Origin: Patescibacteria group bacterium
GTDB lineage: Bacteria; Patescibacteriota; Doudnabacteria; UBA920
DNA: 64,000 nucleotides
Direction of reading: 5' to 3'
Assembly: GCA_023484515.1 (NCBI GenBank)
Contig: JAMDAY010000019.1
Coordinates: forward strand, 30,483-94,482
Shown: positions 36,837-46,552 of the stretch, one piece after another
Position numbering within the stretch: position 1 is the first letter of the stretch
Layout: every line of letters begins with the position of its first letter
Program-made: the position numbers and the translations under genes
The notes under the pieces: generated by a model
Databases searched by the model: none
The model's input: the letters and a program-made list of their open reading frames with translations, nothing else
What the model was told of the DNA's origin: nothing

Positions 36837-38660
36837 TTAATATCCCCGCGGCGAACTGCTATTTACCGTGGACTGAAAATCCTGGAGCTGCCGGCAAAGA
36901 GCGTCGGAAGATGCTATCTGTCCGCACTTTGCCTGCTTTTTGTCAAATTTTTTTACGCAGGTCAGCCTGTCGGAATAAGACAAATCGTCCCAATGGCTTA
37001 TGCACTGCCTGACTTCTTCGTCCAATGTCAAATCCTCGGCGCTGGGAGCAGGCGGCGGTTCCTGGTATTGGGTGGAAGCTGCCGGCAAAACCACTTGCAG
37101 TTGGGCTGCCGCCAGGCAGGTAGATTGCTCTTTCAGCACGCCAAGGGAGCCGTTTTGCGCCACAGCCCCGCGAAACACAAACTTGTTTACCATAGTCTCC
37201 GTAACCTGCGCCACAAACTTGCTAATAAAGTCCTTCGCGTTATTAACCCCCAATTGCATAATGGCGTTTAAACCGGCGCGTTGCGCGCTGACAATGTTGT
37301 TTATGGAAACGCTGATGGAATTCTTAAGCGTGTCGCGCGGCGTTTTTAGCCCTGGGCTGGTTAATTCCTGTTCTGCGGCTTTCTCCGCCGCGCTTTCTGC
37401 CTGGCTGGCTAGATCCTGGTAATACAGGGCCCAACCGTTGGGTGAGGCCAGAAAATCGCCCACTCTGGCCATCTTTTCATAATAATTCGGGTCTTTAGGG
37501 TCCATGCTGGCAGGATTGAATCCCAAATACTGTGCCGCTTTGGCCTGGAATACCGGCTGCAGGTCCCGGTTCTGCTGGCCGCAGGAAAATTGGGGGATAA
37601 ATTCCTTAATAATCTGCCGGTCTAAATTTTCAGAAACATACTTATTTAAATAATCATCCACATATTGCCCGCTGACCAGCGCGTCGGAATAATACAAAAA
37701 ATTGGCGATTAAATAGTTCTGCTCAATCTTGTCAACCAGTTTGCCAATGAACGATGCCATAAACTGGGAAAAGGAAGACTGCAACCCTTGCTGCACCGCA
37801 TCCATTACCATTCTTGGTATATCCCCTACGGTAATAGATACATCGCCCAAGCCCAAAAAAGCATTGGCGGTTGGGATTAAAGCAAATTTGGAATCTTTTG
37901 CATTATCTTGTGCGTAAGATTGATAGTGAATTGTTAAAGACGCAAGTTGGTATTTGTCGGAAATTTTTTTTAATTCGCTGCTAAAATTTTTGGCGCTGTC
38001 GTTAATAACAGCGTAATCCCGATAAACCTTTGGCCAGGGATTTTGATCTTGCTGCGACGAATATTGCTTGGAAATTTCCAGCAGCTCGCCATAGGCCGCG
38101 TAAGCGGTCAATAAGGATTTTTGCAAGTCTTCGGCATCCTTGGGAACCGCGGCCTGGGAAATTTTTTGGAAGACCGCATTGTATTCGTCCTTAACCTGGT
38201 CCGCAACGCCCGGATCCCCGCCAAACAAGCTGTTATTCAAACCGGCGGTCTTGCCGTTAAAATCCGCTATCGGCCCCACGGTATCGGTTAAATAGCCAAT
38301 CATGGCTTGTTGGGAATCATTTCCGGAATCGGCCAGATTTAACGCCGGGATGGCAGGAGTTGTTATGACTTGATCGGTTTGCAAAGCCTGCTCCACTTCC
38401 TCTTGGACGTCTTTTTGCGTTAAAATTTCCTGAAACAAGGCTTTGCTGGCATTGGGGTCTATTTTTAAGCTGTCCAGGTATTTTAAATAAACGGCAGGGT
38501 CAAGTTGTGCCTGTTGGTTTTGATTATAATTTGTGGTATCATGGTATGATAAATTCGGCCGTTTCCATAAGGATACGGCCGTTAAAATTACGACCAAAAC
38601 CATGGCCGCCGCAAAATATTGTTTTTGTTCTTTGGTTTCTAACATAAAGGCCGCAAACAC
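36837..38660 (-). CDS. large membrane-anchored extracytoplasmic hypothetical protein with a Cys-rich C-terminus
   Basis: N-terminal TM and a 600-aa Q/N/A-rich body. Six Cys residues in the last 60 aa. Confidence 0.45.
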   Translation of the reverse strand: MFAAFMLETKEQKQYFAAAMVLVVILTAVSLWKRPNLSYHDTTNYNQNQQAQLDPAVYLKYLDSLKIDPNASKALFQEILTQKDVQEEVEQALQTDQVITTPAIPALNLADSGNDSQQAMIGYLTDTVGPIADFNGKTAGLNNSLFGGDPGVADQVKDEYNAVFQKISQAAVPKDAEDLQKSLLTAYAAYGELLEISKQYSSQQDQNPWPKVYRDYAVINDSAKNFSSELKKISDKYQLASLTIHYQSYAQDNAKDSKFALIPTANAFLGLGDVSITVGDIPRMVMDAVQQGLQSSFSQFMASFIGKLVDKIEQNYLIANFLYYSDALVSGQYVDDYLNKYVSENLDRQIIKEFIPQFSCGQQNRDLQPVFQAKAAQYLGFNPASMDPKDPNYYEKMARVGDFLASPNGWALYYQDLASQAESAAEKAAEQELTSPGLKTPRDTLKNSISVSINNIVSAQRAGLNAIMQLGVNNAKDFISKFVAQVTETMVNKFVFRGAVAQNGSLGVLKEQSTCLAAAQLQVVLPAASTQYQEPPPAPSAEDLTLDEEVRQCISHWDDLSYSDRLTCVKKFDKKQAKCGQIASSDALCRQLQDFQSTVNSSSPRGY

Positions 38661-38784
38661 GCCGATAACTGCAAAATTACGCAGATATTTACGCGTATAA
38701 ATTAAGTTTGCCTATTTTTATTTCAGGATTCGCTTTTGAATACTATAATTTTGTCAATTTTGCTTAATTTTGTCAATTTTGTCA

Positions 38785-40383
38785 TTATTCTATCAACTCT
38801 CCCCCGAAAATCTTAAGCGCGTCGGTTATAGCCGAGGCCGGAGAAGCTGTTTCCTCGCTGCTTTCCTTGGCCACTTGGGACAATATGTTAATTTTTTTGC
38901 CCAGAACTTCTTCCAGGGCTTGGCAAATTATGGCGCGGTTTTTCGCGTTTTCCAAATTCTGCTTATGGAATAAGAACTTTACTCCCAAGACCGCCGCGTT
39001 TCCCCGGACATCTATAGCGGGAGAATTCTTTACCAAATTGGCTAAGGGGCTATTAATGGCTTTTATTTTTTCCACGACCTGAGGCCAAACTTGCTGTAAT
39101 TCTTCCAAACTTGCCGGAGGACCCCCAACGCGCGAAACTGTTTCTTCTGCAAAACTGTTAGATAAATTTTGGACTTCCAGGGTGGCGCTGGAAACCTTAG
39201 GCGGCGCGGTATTTGCCTGGTATTTTACCGAAGCGGATTCCGCAACTATTTCTTGGGGCCGGGCAGGCGCAACGGCTGAAGTCTTTTTATAAACCGCCTC
39301 CAGGCCGGCCAGCAACAGCGGAATATCCGGCCGCGGGGACGCGGCCAAATCTTTAAACGACTTTAAAAAGAGCCTGACCGTAAATATCAGTTCATTGGCG
39401 GAAAATTTTCCAGCTAAATCCTGCAATTTGCTTTCCGCCGCAGCCGAAGGCAGCCCGGCCGCCGCTCCGCTGACCTTAAAAATTAAGGCCTTCCTTAAAT
39501 ATTCCAAAAAATCCTTGTTTAAAATTTGGAAATCCAAGCCCTTTTCCAGTAAGGAGTCAAAAAACGCGGGAATGTCCCCGGCTTTTCCCAGGGCAATCAG
39601 TTCCAACAGATTTTCGCAAACCGCAATATCCGTAATTCCCAGCAATTGCTGGCAGTCAGCCAGGGTGCAATCGCCGCCCAAGGTTGCTATTTTATCCAAC
39701 AGGGATAAAGAGTCGCGGACGCTGCCTTCGGCGTTTTGCGCTACCAGTTTTATGGCTTCTTCAGGCAGTTTTATATTTTCCGCCTTGAGGATTTTAGCCA
39801 AATGACTTTCCAAATCTTCCGAAGCCAGCCTTTTAAAATCGAAACGCTGAGTGCGGGATACAATGGTAGCGGGAACTTTGTTAACTTCCGTAGTGGCCAA
39901 AATAAAAATAGCATGGCTGGGCGGTTCTTCCAGGGTCTTAAGCAGCGCGTTAAACGCACCCTTGGACAGCATATGCACTTCGTCTATAATGAACACCTTA
40001 TATTTTCCCGCAGCCGGATTAAATTTTACGTGCTCTATGAGGTCGCGGATATTGTCCACGCCGGTGTTGGAGGCCGCATCTATCTCCACCAAATCCAAAA
40101 AATTTCCCTCTTCAATCTGCTTGCAAACCTGGCATTGACCGCAGGCGTCACCATTGTTTTTTTTGGATCTTAAATCTTGGTTCTTGGATCTTTCAACACA
40201 ATTCACCGCTTTTGCCAAAATCCTGGCAACCGACGTCTTCCCTACCCCGCGCGTGCCGGTGAACAAATAAGCATGGCTAACCTGCTCGCTTTCCACCTGG
40301 TTCTTAAGCGTTCGGATGATATATTTTTGGTTTAAGACCTCGGCAAAATTTCGCGGCCGGTATTTGCGGTATAAAACTGCCAT
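38785..40383 (-). CDS. dnaX: DNA polymerase III subunit gamma/tau
   Basis: Walker A GTRGVGKTS and the Zn module CGQCQVC. An in-frame insert ERSKNQDLRSKKNN is encoded by a (ttggatctt)-type repeat. Confidence 0.9.
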   Translation of the reverse strand: MAVLYRKYRPRNFAEVLNQKYIIRTLKNQVESEQVSHAYLFTGTRGVGKTSVARILAKAVNCVERSKNQDLRSKKNNGDACGQCQVCKQIEEGNFLDLVEIDAASNTGVDNIRDLIEHVKFNPAAGKYKVFIIDEVHMLSKGAFNALLKTLEEPPSHAIFILATTEVNKVPATIVSRTQRFDFKRLASEDLESHLAKILKAENIKLPEEAIKLVAQNAEGSVRDSLSLLDKIATLGGDCTLADCQQLLGITDIAVCENLLELIALGKAGDIPAFFDSLLEKGLDFQILNKDFLEYLRKALIFKVSGAAAGLPSAAAESKLQDLAGKFSANELIFTVRLFLKSFKDLAASPRPDIPLLLAGLEAVYKKTSAVAPARPQEIVAESASVKYQANTAPPKVSSATLEVQNLSNSFAEETVSRVGGPPASLEELQQVWPQVVEKIKAINSPLANLVKNSPAIDVRGNAAVLGVKFLFHKQNLENAKNRAIICQALEEVLGKKINILSQVAKESSEETASPASAITDALKIFGGELIE

Positions 40384-40859
40384 TTTTTGATATCTAATAA
40401 TTCATGAATAGCCAATACATTATAGCATAAATATAAATTTTATAATATTGCAAAGTTTGCCAAAAATAATAAAAATCCAAAGAATATGCAAGAAAGGAGC
40501 AGGAGGATGCTAAAGGCCGCGCTTTATTATGAAGCCCGCAGCCATAATCGGCGGACTAATTGTCATGCTTGTGGTTGGGATTTTTTCCCTCAAATACGAA
40601 GTCCGCAATGAATGAAACAAGAGGGCTCGCCGCCAAAACACACTTACCCAAAGCCGCGAGCCTCTACACTTATTATGGCCTTATGTGCTTGGAAGCGATT
40701 ACCTCTCCCCATTCAGGGACTAAGAATTACAAAAGGCGGCCTCCGGGACAAGCAAGCTTCAGATCGCAAAGCGCTGACCGCCATTCGCCTATCTTAAGGC
40801 GGGCGATCCCGGAAGGAGCCCTTCATCTGCGGCATTGATTAACAACCAATTTATTTAAC

Positions 40860-41021
40860 GGGTCTGTTGCCGAATGCGCTTTTAAGGCGAAATTTCAGAA
40901 TTCCGAACAGATTGGCCAAAATAATTTTTGATGTTTAGCCGCAGGCTAAGAAGAAAAAATTTTTTGGCCAGGATGCCGAAATTCTGAAATTGCAGCCAAA
41001 ATGGCATTTGGCAACAGACCC
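40860..41021 (+). repeat. family A repeat element, copy A3
   Basis: Conserved core with flanking inverted repeats gggtctgttgccgaatgc / gcatttggcaacagaccc. Confidence 0.75.
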
Positions 41022-41083
41022 TTAACAGTCCCAAAAACCGTCCCCCACAATGCGGGGACGGTTTTTGGTTGAAATTAAATAAT

Positions 41084-41554
41084 TTATTTTTTCCTTAATC
41101 TCGGCACGAACATGGGGACGCGTTTTTTGTAGGCGCGATAGTCTTCCATAAATTTTTCTTCCAAAAGCCGCTCTTCCAGGTTTGCCCAGAACACCAAGAC
41201 CAGGGTCAGCCAGATAACTATCGCCAAAACTTTATATGACGGCTGCCAAACAAATATGCACCAGGCTAATACAATATCCGTTGCATACAACGGATGGCGC
41301 ACTACGGCATACGCCCCTTCGGTTACCAGTTGGTTAATGCTATGCACGCTGGCCGGAGCCTTGCGGTGCTTGTTATAAGCAAAAAGCGAAACGCCTATGA
41401 AATTAATAATACCTAAAGCCAAAACCACTGAGCCTATCCAGCCGCTTGTGAACATCTGGCCCGGTTTGACAATTTTCCATAAAATGGCGCTGCCGAAGGC
41501 GACAATAACCCACATTAATAGCGGGCTGGCCAGGCGATATTTTAAATTAGGCAT
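41084..41554 (-). CDS. isoprenylcysteine carboxyl methyltransferase (ICMT)-family membrane methyltransferase
   Basis: RHPLY motif and C-terminal EE..L...F..Y..Y pattern. Confidence 0.65.
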   Translation of the reverse strand: MPNLKYRLASPLLMWVIVAFGSAILWKIVKPGQMFTSGWIGSVVLALGIINFIGVSLFAYNKHRKAPASVHSINQLVTEGAYAVVRHPLYATDIVLAWCIFVWQPSYKVLAIVIWLTLVLVFWANLEERLLEEKFMEDYRAYKKRVPMFVPRLRKK

Positions 41555-41561
41555 GTTTTGT

Positions 41562-42224
41562 TTATTTTTTAAACACTACCATTTTATAGCCGACAAAATT
41601 CCAAATCATAGACACGGCGGTAGCGGCAACCAAGGCTAAATTTTTATTCAAATCGCCGTTGCCGGTCAAATGGACGGCTACGGAAAACCGGGAAGCTATA
41701 AAAAAATTGATAAAAAACCCTACCAGGCTGACTATGAAAAAAGAAATAAAGGGGTTACCAGGCCTTGTTTCTCCTCCCAATCCGAAGCTGTGCCATAATG
41801 CCAATTGGGCGATAAGGAAAATTGCCAAAAGTATAAGGTAGTAATAATAAGGGGCGGTCGCCTGCGAGCCCAAATATACAAACCCCAGCGCCAAAACCCC
41901 AAGCAAGCCCACCCAGACCAGATGCAGGAAATTCTTGAACAAGCCGGAAGACTGCTGCCCGAAAGCCCAATATTTGTTCCAATAATAGCTTTGCAGCGTA
42001 GCCAGCAAAAAACCGGCCCCACTGCTGGCGCCAAGCCCGTTTCCCTGGACAATGCCAAAATATTTGGAGACCAAATTAGCCACCACAAAGCTTAGGCCCG
42101 TGTTTAAAAATCCTACTGCGGCGAACCTTAATACTTGCGTGATCACAGGGTTCTTTTGCAAAATCCCTTCAATTCTGCCATTCCCTATCCCCTGTCCGGG
42201 AGCTGCCCGCTGGGTTGTTTCCAT
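41562..42224 (-). CDS. GtrA-like polytopic membrane protein
   Basis: N-terminal LRFAAVGFLNTGLSF..YYWNKYWAF and C-terminal IWNFVGYKMVVFKK both fit the GtrA pattern. Confidence 0.5.
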   Translation of the reverse strand: METTQRAAPGQGIGNGRIEGILQKNPVITQVLRFAAVGFLNTGLSFVVANLVSKYFGIVQGNGLGASSGAGFLLATLQSYYWNKYWAFGQQSSGLFKNFLHLVWVGLLGVLALGFVYLGSQATAPYYYYLILLAIFLIAQLALWHSFGLGGETRPGNPFISFFIVSLVGFFINFFIASRFSVAVHLTGNGDLNKNLALVAATAVSMIWNFVGYKMVVFKK

Positions 42225-42235
42225 AAAATTAAAAA

Positions 42236-42865
42236 TTACAATTCTTCGTCCTCGTCCATTATGACCTTGTTTCCGCCGCCTTCCTCGTCGCCGCCGCCCA
42301 TTTCCATATCAGTATGCGCGGAACCGGAATTTTTCTTAATCACATTTTCCACGGCCGCCCATTCCGAAGGAGTGTCCTTGGGCACGACCAAAGTTACCTC
42401 ATCGCCGGGTTCCGCTTTAAAATAAGTGAGCGAAGCCAGCAAGACTTTATAAGTATTGCCTTCGGCCACCACCCGGAAATCGCCTTTTTCGTCCACTGTC
42501 AATATACCCAGCATCTTTTTGCGCTCCACCGGGCCGATCTGCTTGTAAATGAACGAACCGTCGTCGGCAATGGTCAGCTTTAACACATCGCCTTCCACCA
42601 ACTTTGATTTGGAAGCGTAGTTTGCCGGCACCGGATACTGTTTTTTGTCAGGCCCGATCATATTCTGCCCGTCAAACACGCCTTCAATTATTTTACCGCC
42701 TTCGGATACGGTAAAACTGCTGGCTTTTTCCGCTAACTGGCTGGCGCTGCTTTTTGCGGCCGGTCCGCCCATCATCTCCCGCAAAAGCTGCTTTGCCGAT
42801 TGAATGTTCTTTTCGGCGGAATCTATCATTTGGGCAATCAAGGCAAGGTTGGAAAGTTTATCCAT
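42236..42865 (-). CDS. hypothetical protein with an acidic Gly-rich C-terminal tail
   Basis: Open frame. A promoter-like TTGCCT-17-TGcTATAAT sits ~170 nt upstream on the minus strand (~43030-43065). Confidence 0.4.
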   Translation of the reverse strand: MDKLSNLALIAQMIDSAEKNIQSAKQLLREMMGGPAAKSSASQLAEKASSFTVSEGGKIIEGVFDGQNMIGPDKKQYPVPANYASKSKLVEGDVLKLTIADDGSFIYKQIGPVERKKMLGILTVDEKGDFRVVAEGNTYKVLLASLTYFKAEPGDEVTLVVPKDTPSEWAAVENVIKKNSGSAHTDMEMGGGDEEGGGNKVIMDEDEEL

Positions 42866-43145
42866 ATATTTTTTATTTTTTGGCCAATATAAAATTATGG
42901 CTTAAAAATTAGTTAATTTTAATTTTGACATGCTTTTTGTTTCTAAATTTTCCAAACCCCGGCAAAAAAGGGAAAATTTGCGTCCCCTGGGTTTAAAAAA
43001 TACGCTGGATTGAAGTAATGTCATTATAGCAATAAATAAAAAATAAGGCAAATTACGTGATAAACGACGGGAAAAATGCCACTGTCTTACCCTTGGCATC
43101 CTCTTGGTTAAGCCATTATTTTTAATAAATTGCTTGATTGTTGAG

Positions 43146-43346
43146 CTAATGGGCATGTGTCTTTTTCGCGCCTGCCTTTTTACCGGTAGCCAGAATATCC
43201 TCAAAAATACCGGTGCTTTCCACAGCCATTCCCGCCCCTGTTTTCATTGCCAAATCGGCAAAGCCCTCCAATAATTTCGCACCTTCCGCATGCCCTCCGC
43301 CATGATGCCTGCTAGTTTCTGCGCGGCCTCCCCCGTGATCTGACAT
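43146..43346 (-). CDS. small His/Gly-rich protein (66 aa)
   Basis: Strong SD AAAGGAG 6 nt upstream of the ATG. Lies immediately downstream of the ATPase gene. Confidence 0.45.
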   Translation of the reverse strand: MSDHGGGRAETSRHHGGGHAEGAKLLEGFADLAMKTGAGMAVESTGIFEDILATGKKAGAKKTHAH

Positions 43347-43392
43347 AATGCTCCTTTCTAATATTATTCCTATTACTGTTAAAAAAATAAAT

Positions 43393-45951
43393 TTACAGGC
43401 CTCTTTCCACGTCCCCCACGCCGGCGCTCATCATTTCCGCCACTTCGCCGGCTTCCAAAATTTCCGATTCCACTTCGGCGCGCGGCCGGCCGTGCTTAAG
43501 GCGGGAAAGCTGGCGGATAGCCTGGGCTAATTCGTCATTTTTCTCCGCAGACAATGGAATAGTGTTCATGTTAAACGGCTTGCTGGCCGTACCGTTGATC
43601 ATTAATCTCACATAAGTGCTGAACCGTTCAATATTCACCAGGTCAAACTGGTTGAAAGTCGGCGCGAATTCCTTGGCCAGGACTTCCGCGTCTTCCGCGC
43701 CTGTCCGGAATATTACCATGGTGCCGGCATTGCCGAATACCGCATCCCTTAAGTCTTTTGACCCCGCGCCCTGCGCTCCGGCCTGCTGCTCCAACTGCCC
43801 CAAATATTGGTGCGCAATTACCAGATTTAACTTATACTTTCTTGCTTCGGACAAAATGGAGGAAAATGCGTCAGTAATAAAATTCTGGAACTCGTCCACA
43901 TACAGGTAAAAATCCTTCCTCTGGTCTTCGGGAATGTCGGCCCGCGACATGGCCGCAATCTGGATTTTACTGACCAGGATCAAACCGAGCAGCTTGGCAT
44001 TAATTTCCCCGGTCCTTCCCTTGGATAAATTTACCAGCAGCACCTTGCCTTCATCCATTATCTTGCGGAAATTAAACCCGCTTTTGGGCTGGCCGACAAT
44101 ATTGCGCATCATGCTGTTTTCCACAAACCGGCCGACTTTGGAAATTAAGTATCCCAGCATCTCCGACTTATGGAAGTCCGAGGTCTTGGCCATTTCCTTT
44201 TCCCAAAACAGCCGCACTACCGGGTCGCGAACTTTGCCAATTTTGTATTTTTGGAAATCTGTATCCGTAAAAATTCGCGGAATGTCCGTAATGGTGCCGG
44301 GATGCTCCTCGTCCGCCATCAGCGTCAGCATGGCATTGCGCATATTATGCTCAAACATGGGCCCCAACATGGCCGGATCGGTTACCAGCTTGTAAAAAAT
44401 CTGGATCATTTCCTGAACCGCGAAATCTTTCTGCTCTTCGCTGTCCACTTCCAGCATGTTCAGCCCAATGGGCCGCTCCATGTCAAAGGGCTCAAATACA
44501 ATAATATCTTCAGCCCTTTCCTTGGGACAGCGGCTTAAAATATCCTGGACCAGGTCGCCGTGCGGGTCAATAACGCACAGGCCTTCGCCGTTTTTAATGT
44601 CCTGGATGGCCATATTGGCCAAAAGCCAGGACTTGCCTCCGCCGGTCCGGCCAAGGATGTAAGTATGACGCCTGCGGTCGCTGCGCGTCATGTAGATGGG
44701 CGTTTCCACGCCGCGGTAAATATTTTTTCCCAGCAGCAGACCTTCCGCCGGCGCATTCAGCGGCGGCGGCGCTTTTTTTGCGGTCAACCACTTAATGTTC
44801 GGCGTTTCTATGTAGGGAGTGGGCAAATGCCACAGCGACGACAATTCTTCGGTGTTTAAAATATCTTTCCTGCCATAATCCCGAAACACGCGAAAAATGT
44901 AATCTTTTAAGATGTCAGTCTTGTCGCGCTTGCGGGCATGCAGGCCGTTGAACGGCGGCATATTAAATTGCAAAAATGACGCCAATAAATTCCGCATGTG
45001 CATTTGCGCGTTCCCCGGAACGGCAGAGGATGTTACCAGGCGAATGTTGGCTTTGTAGCCCGGCCGGCTGGATTTTTCTTCCAGCTTTTTGACTATTTCC
45101 TGCTGCATCGGCGTTAATTGGATTGGCGAAGCGTATCCGGACAGGTCTTTGTGCGCGTGCGAAGGCTGGAAGTTCCTGTCGCCGCGGCCAAGGCCGGCCA
45201 AGGCGCGCCCCAACGACCGCATAAACCCGACTAAAAGGCGGTAGGCATGACCGCGTTCTATCAGTTCCGGATTTTTCCCCTGCTGGATTTCCAAAGCCAT
45301 GCGGCGCGGGCCGTATTGCCAGGAAGTCCCCGCAGGGCAGATAATAAATTGCACGGCAGCGCCTTCGTTTTCCCCAAGCTTGCTCATGGCATTGGTCAGG
45401 GAATTCAGCGGATCACTTTCCATGTTTTTGTAAGTACGGATAGGGTAGACGTATTTTTTACTGAGCCGCAACTCTTCCACTTCCAAAGTCCCTTGTTTCT
45501 GGAACGGGTTGTAGCCCTTTATTTGCTCAATAAAGGCATGGGGATACTGGGCCTGGATTTGTTTTTCCACCAATTCCTGCAAATGCTTGGGACAGTTGAC
45601 GTAAAAAGAAATTTTTTTGTCGGTGCAGGCAATCTCAAAGCTGTAGTAATCTTTGCCCTGCAGCCAGCCCTTGCTATGCCCCGATTCGGACAGCGTGGCA
45701 AACAACTGCTCGGCCACGGCAATCATCTGTTTTTTTTCCTCAATGCTTTTTACCCGCTGCTGGTCTTTTTCTTCCGAGTTGTCCTTGGGCATCTGAATTT
45801 CCAAAAAAACCCAGTCCTTGATCCTTGGAATAATATGTTTGGTGTGGTAAACGTGCCGCTTAAAGTAATAAAAAAAGACAGCGACAAATACTGCCGTCAA
45901 TCCCAGCAAAACTAAAACCGCAAAGCTAATTGTGTTTAATTCCGGAAACAT
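43393..45951 (-). CDS. TraD/VirD4-like (HerA-FtsK superfamily) P-loop ATPase with an N-terminal TM anchor (DUF87/TraG-D_C-like)
   Basis: N-terminal TM, Walker A GRTGGGKS, Walker B-like LYVDEF and LVIAHQ. The ~850-aa architecture resembles T4SS coupling-type ATPases. Confidence 0.55.
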   Translation of the reverse strand: MFPELNTISFAVLVLLGLTAVFVAVFFYYFKRHVYHTKHIIPRIKDWVFLEIQMPKDNSEEKDQQRVKSIEEKKQMIAVAEQLFATLSESGHSKGWLQGKDYYSFEIACTDKKISFYVNCPKHLQELVEKQIQAQYPHAFIEQIKGYNPFQKQGTLEVEELRLSKKYVYPIRTYKNMESDPLNSLTNAMSKLGENEGAAVQFIICPAGTSWQYGPRRMALEIQQGKNPELIERGHAYRLLVGFMRSLGRALAGLGRGDRNFQPSHAHKDLSGYASPIQLTPMQQEIVKKLEEKSSRPGYKANIRLVTSSAVPGNAQMHMRNLLASFLQFNMPPFNGLHARKRDKTDILKDYIFRVFRDYGRKDILNTEELSSLWHLPTPYIETPNIKWLTAKKAPPPLNAPAEGLLLGKNIYRGVETPIYMTRSDRRRHTYILGRTGGGKSWLLANMAIQDIKNGEGLCVIDPHGDLVQDILSRCPKERAEDIIVFEPFDMERPIGLNMLEVDSEEQKDFAVQEMIQIFYKLVTDPAMLGPMFEHNMRNAMLTLMADEEHPGTITDIPRIFTDTDFQKYKIGKVRDPVVRLFWEKEMAKTSDFHKSEMLGYLISKVGRFVENSMMRNIVGQPKSGFNFRKIMDEGKVLLVNLSKGRTGEINAKLLGLILVSKIQIAAMSRADIPEDQRKDFYLYVDEFQNFITDAFSSILSEARKYKLNLVIAHQYLGQLEQQAGAQGAGSKDLRDAVFGNAGTMVIFRTGAEDAEVLAKEFAPTFNQFDLVNIERFSTYVRLMINGTASKPFNMNTIPLSAEKNDELAQAIRQLSRLKHGRPRAEVESEILEAGEVAEMMSAGVGDVERGL

Positions 45952-46081
45952 TTGTTTTTATTTTTATTCGGGATAAACAGACTTTAGATTATAAGATTAT
46001 GATTATCACCAGCCGATGTTTAGATAAGCAACACGGAAAGGATAACCCTTGTGCAACACGCCTGTAAATAACCGGCTATGA

Positions 46082-46474
46082 TTATTCCCTGGCGTCGCCA
46101 AGTTCTTCCAAAGCCGCTGTAATATCGTGCGCCGGACCGGAATCTTTTTCGTGCGTGCCTTCGTGGAGCTTTTGGTCTCCTTGTAAAATTCTCAAAGCTG
46201 CATTTAAAATTTTCTTATATTTTTCTCCCGCGGAAGAATCGGCTAAAATATCTTTTCTAAATTCTGTATTACCCGACCCTAAATCACCCATGGTTGAAGC
46301 ATTATCCCCTTCAGCTCCCGCTTGGGATTCTTCTTTCTCCACTTCCGTCCTTGCTTGCCTTAAAGCGTCCTCCGCCTTTTCTTTTCCGTACCGCTGGAGT
46401 TCCTTAGGCAGAGGGGCGGATTCAAAATTTTTCCTTAATGGCTGTTCAGATTTATAACGAGGGTCTATAAGCAT
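46082..46474 (-). CDS. acidic hypothetical protein
   Basis: Open frame only. Confidence 0.35.
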   Translation of the reverse strand: MLIDPRYKSEQPLRKNFESAPLPKELQRYGKEKAEDALRQARTEVEKEESQAGAEGDNASTMGDLGSGNTEFRKDILADSSAGEKYKKILNAALRILQGDQKLHEGTHEKDSGPAHDITAALEELGDARE

Positions 46475-46552
46475 AAATTGGCCTTTAGTTTAGATAAATT
46501 ATACCACACTTTGCATATTAACTCCAAATTATAATCATTTTTATACTTTATG

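Noticed and set aside
40790-40830. SRP RNA (4.5S) domain IV
   Set aside because: Only a loose resemblance (tcccggaagga) to the GGAA tetraloop region; the conserved 3'-side partner motif is absent.
42902-43204. 100-aa basic ORF
   Set aside because: It overlaps the His/Gly-rich ORF, lies in an AT-rich promoter region and has a K/R-rich composition typical of random AT-rich translation.
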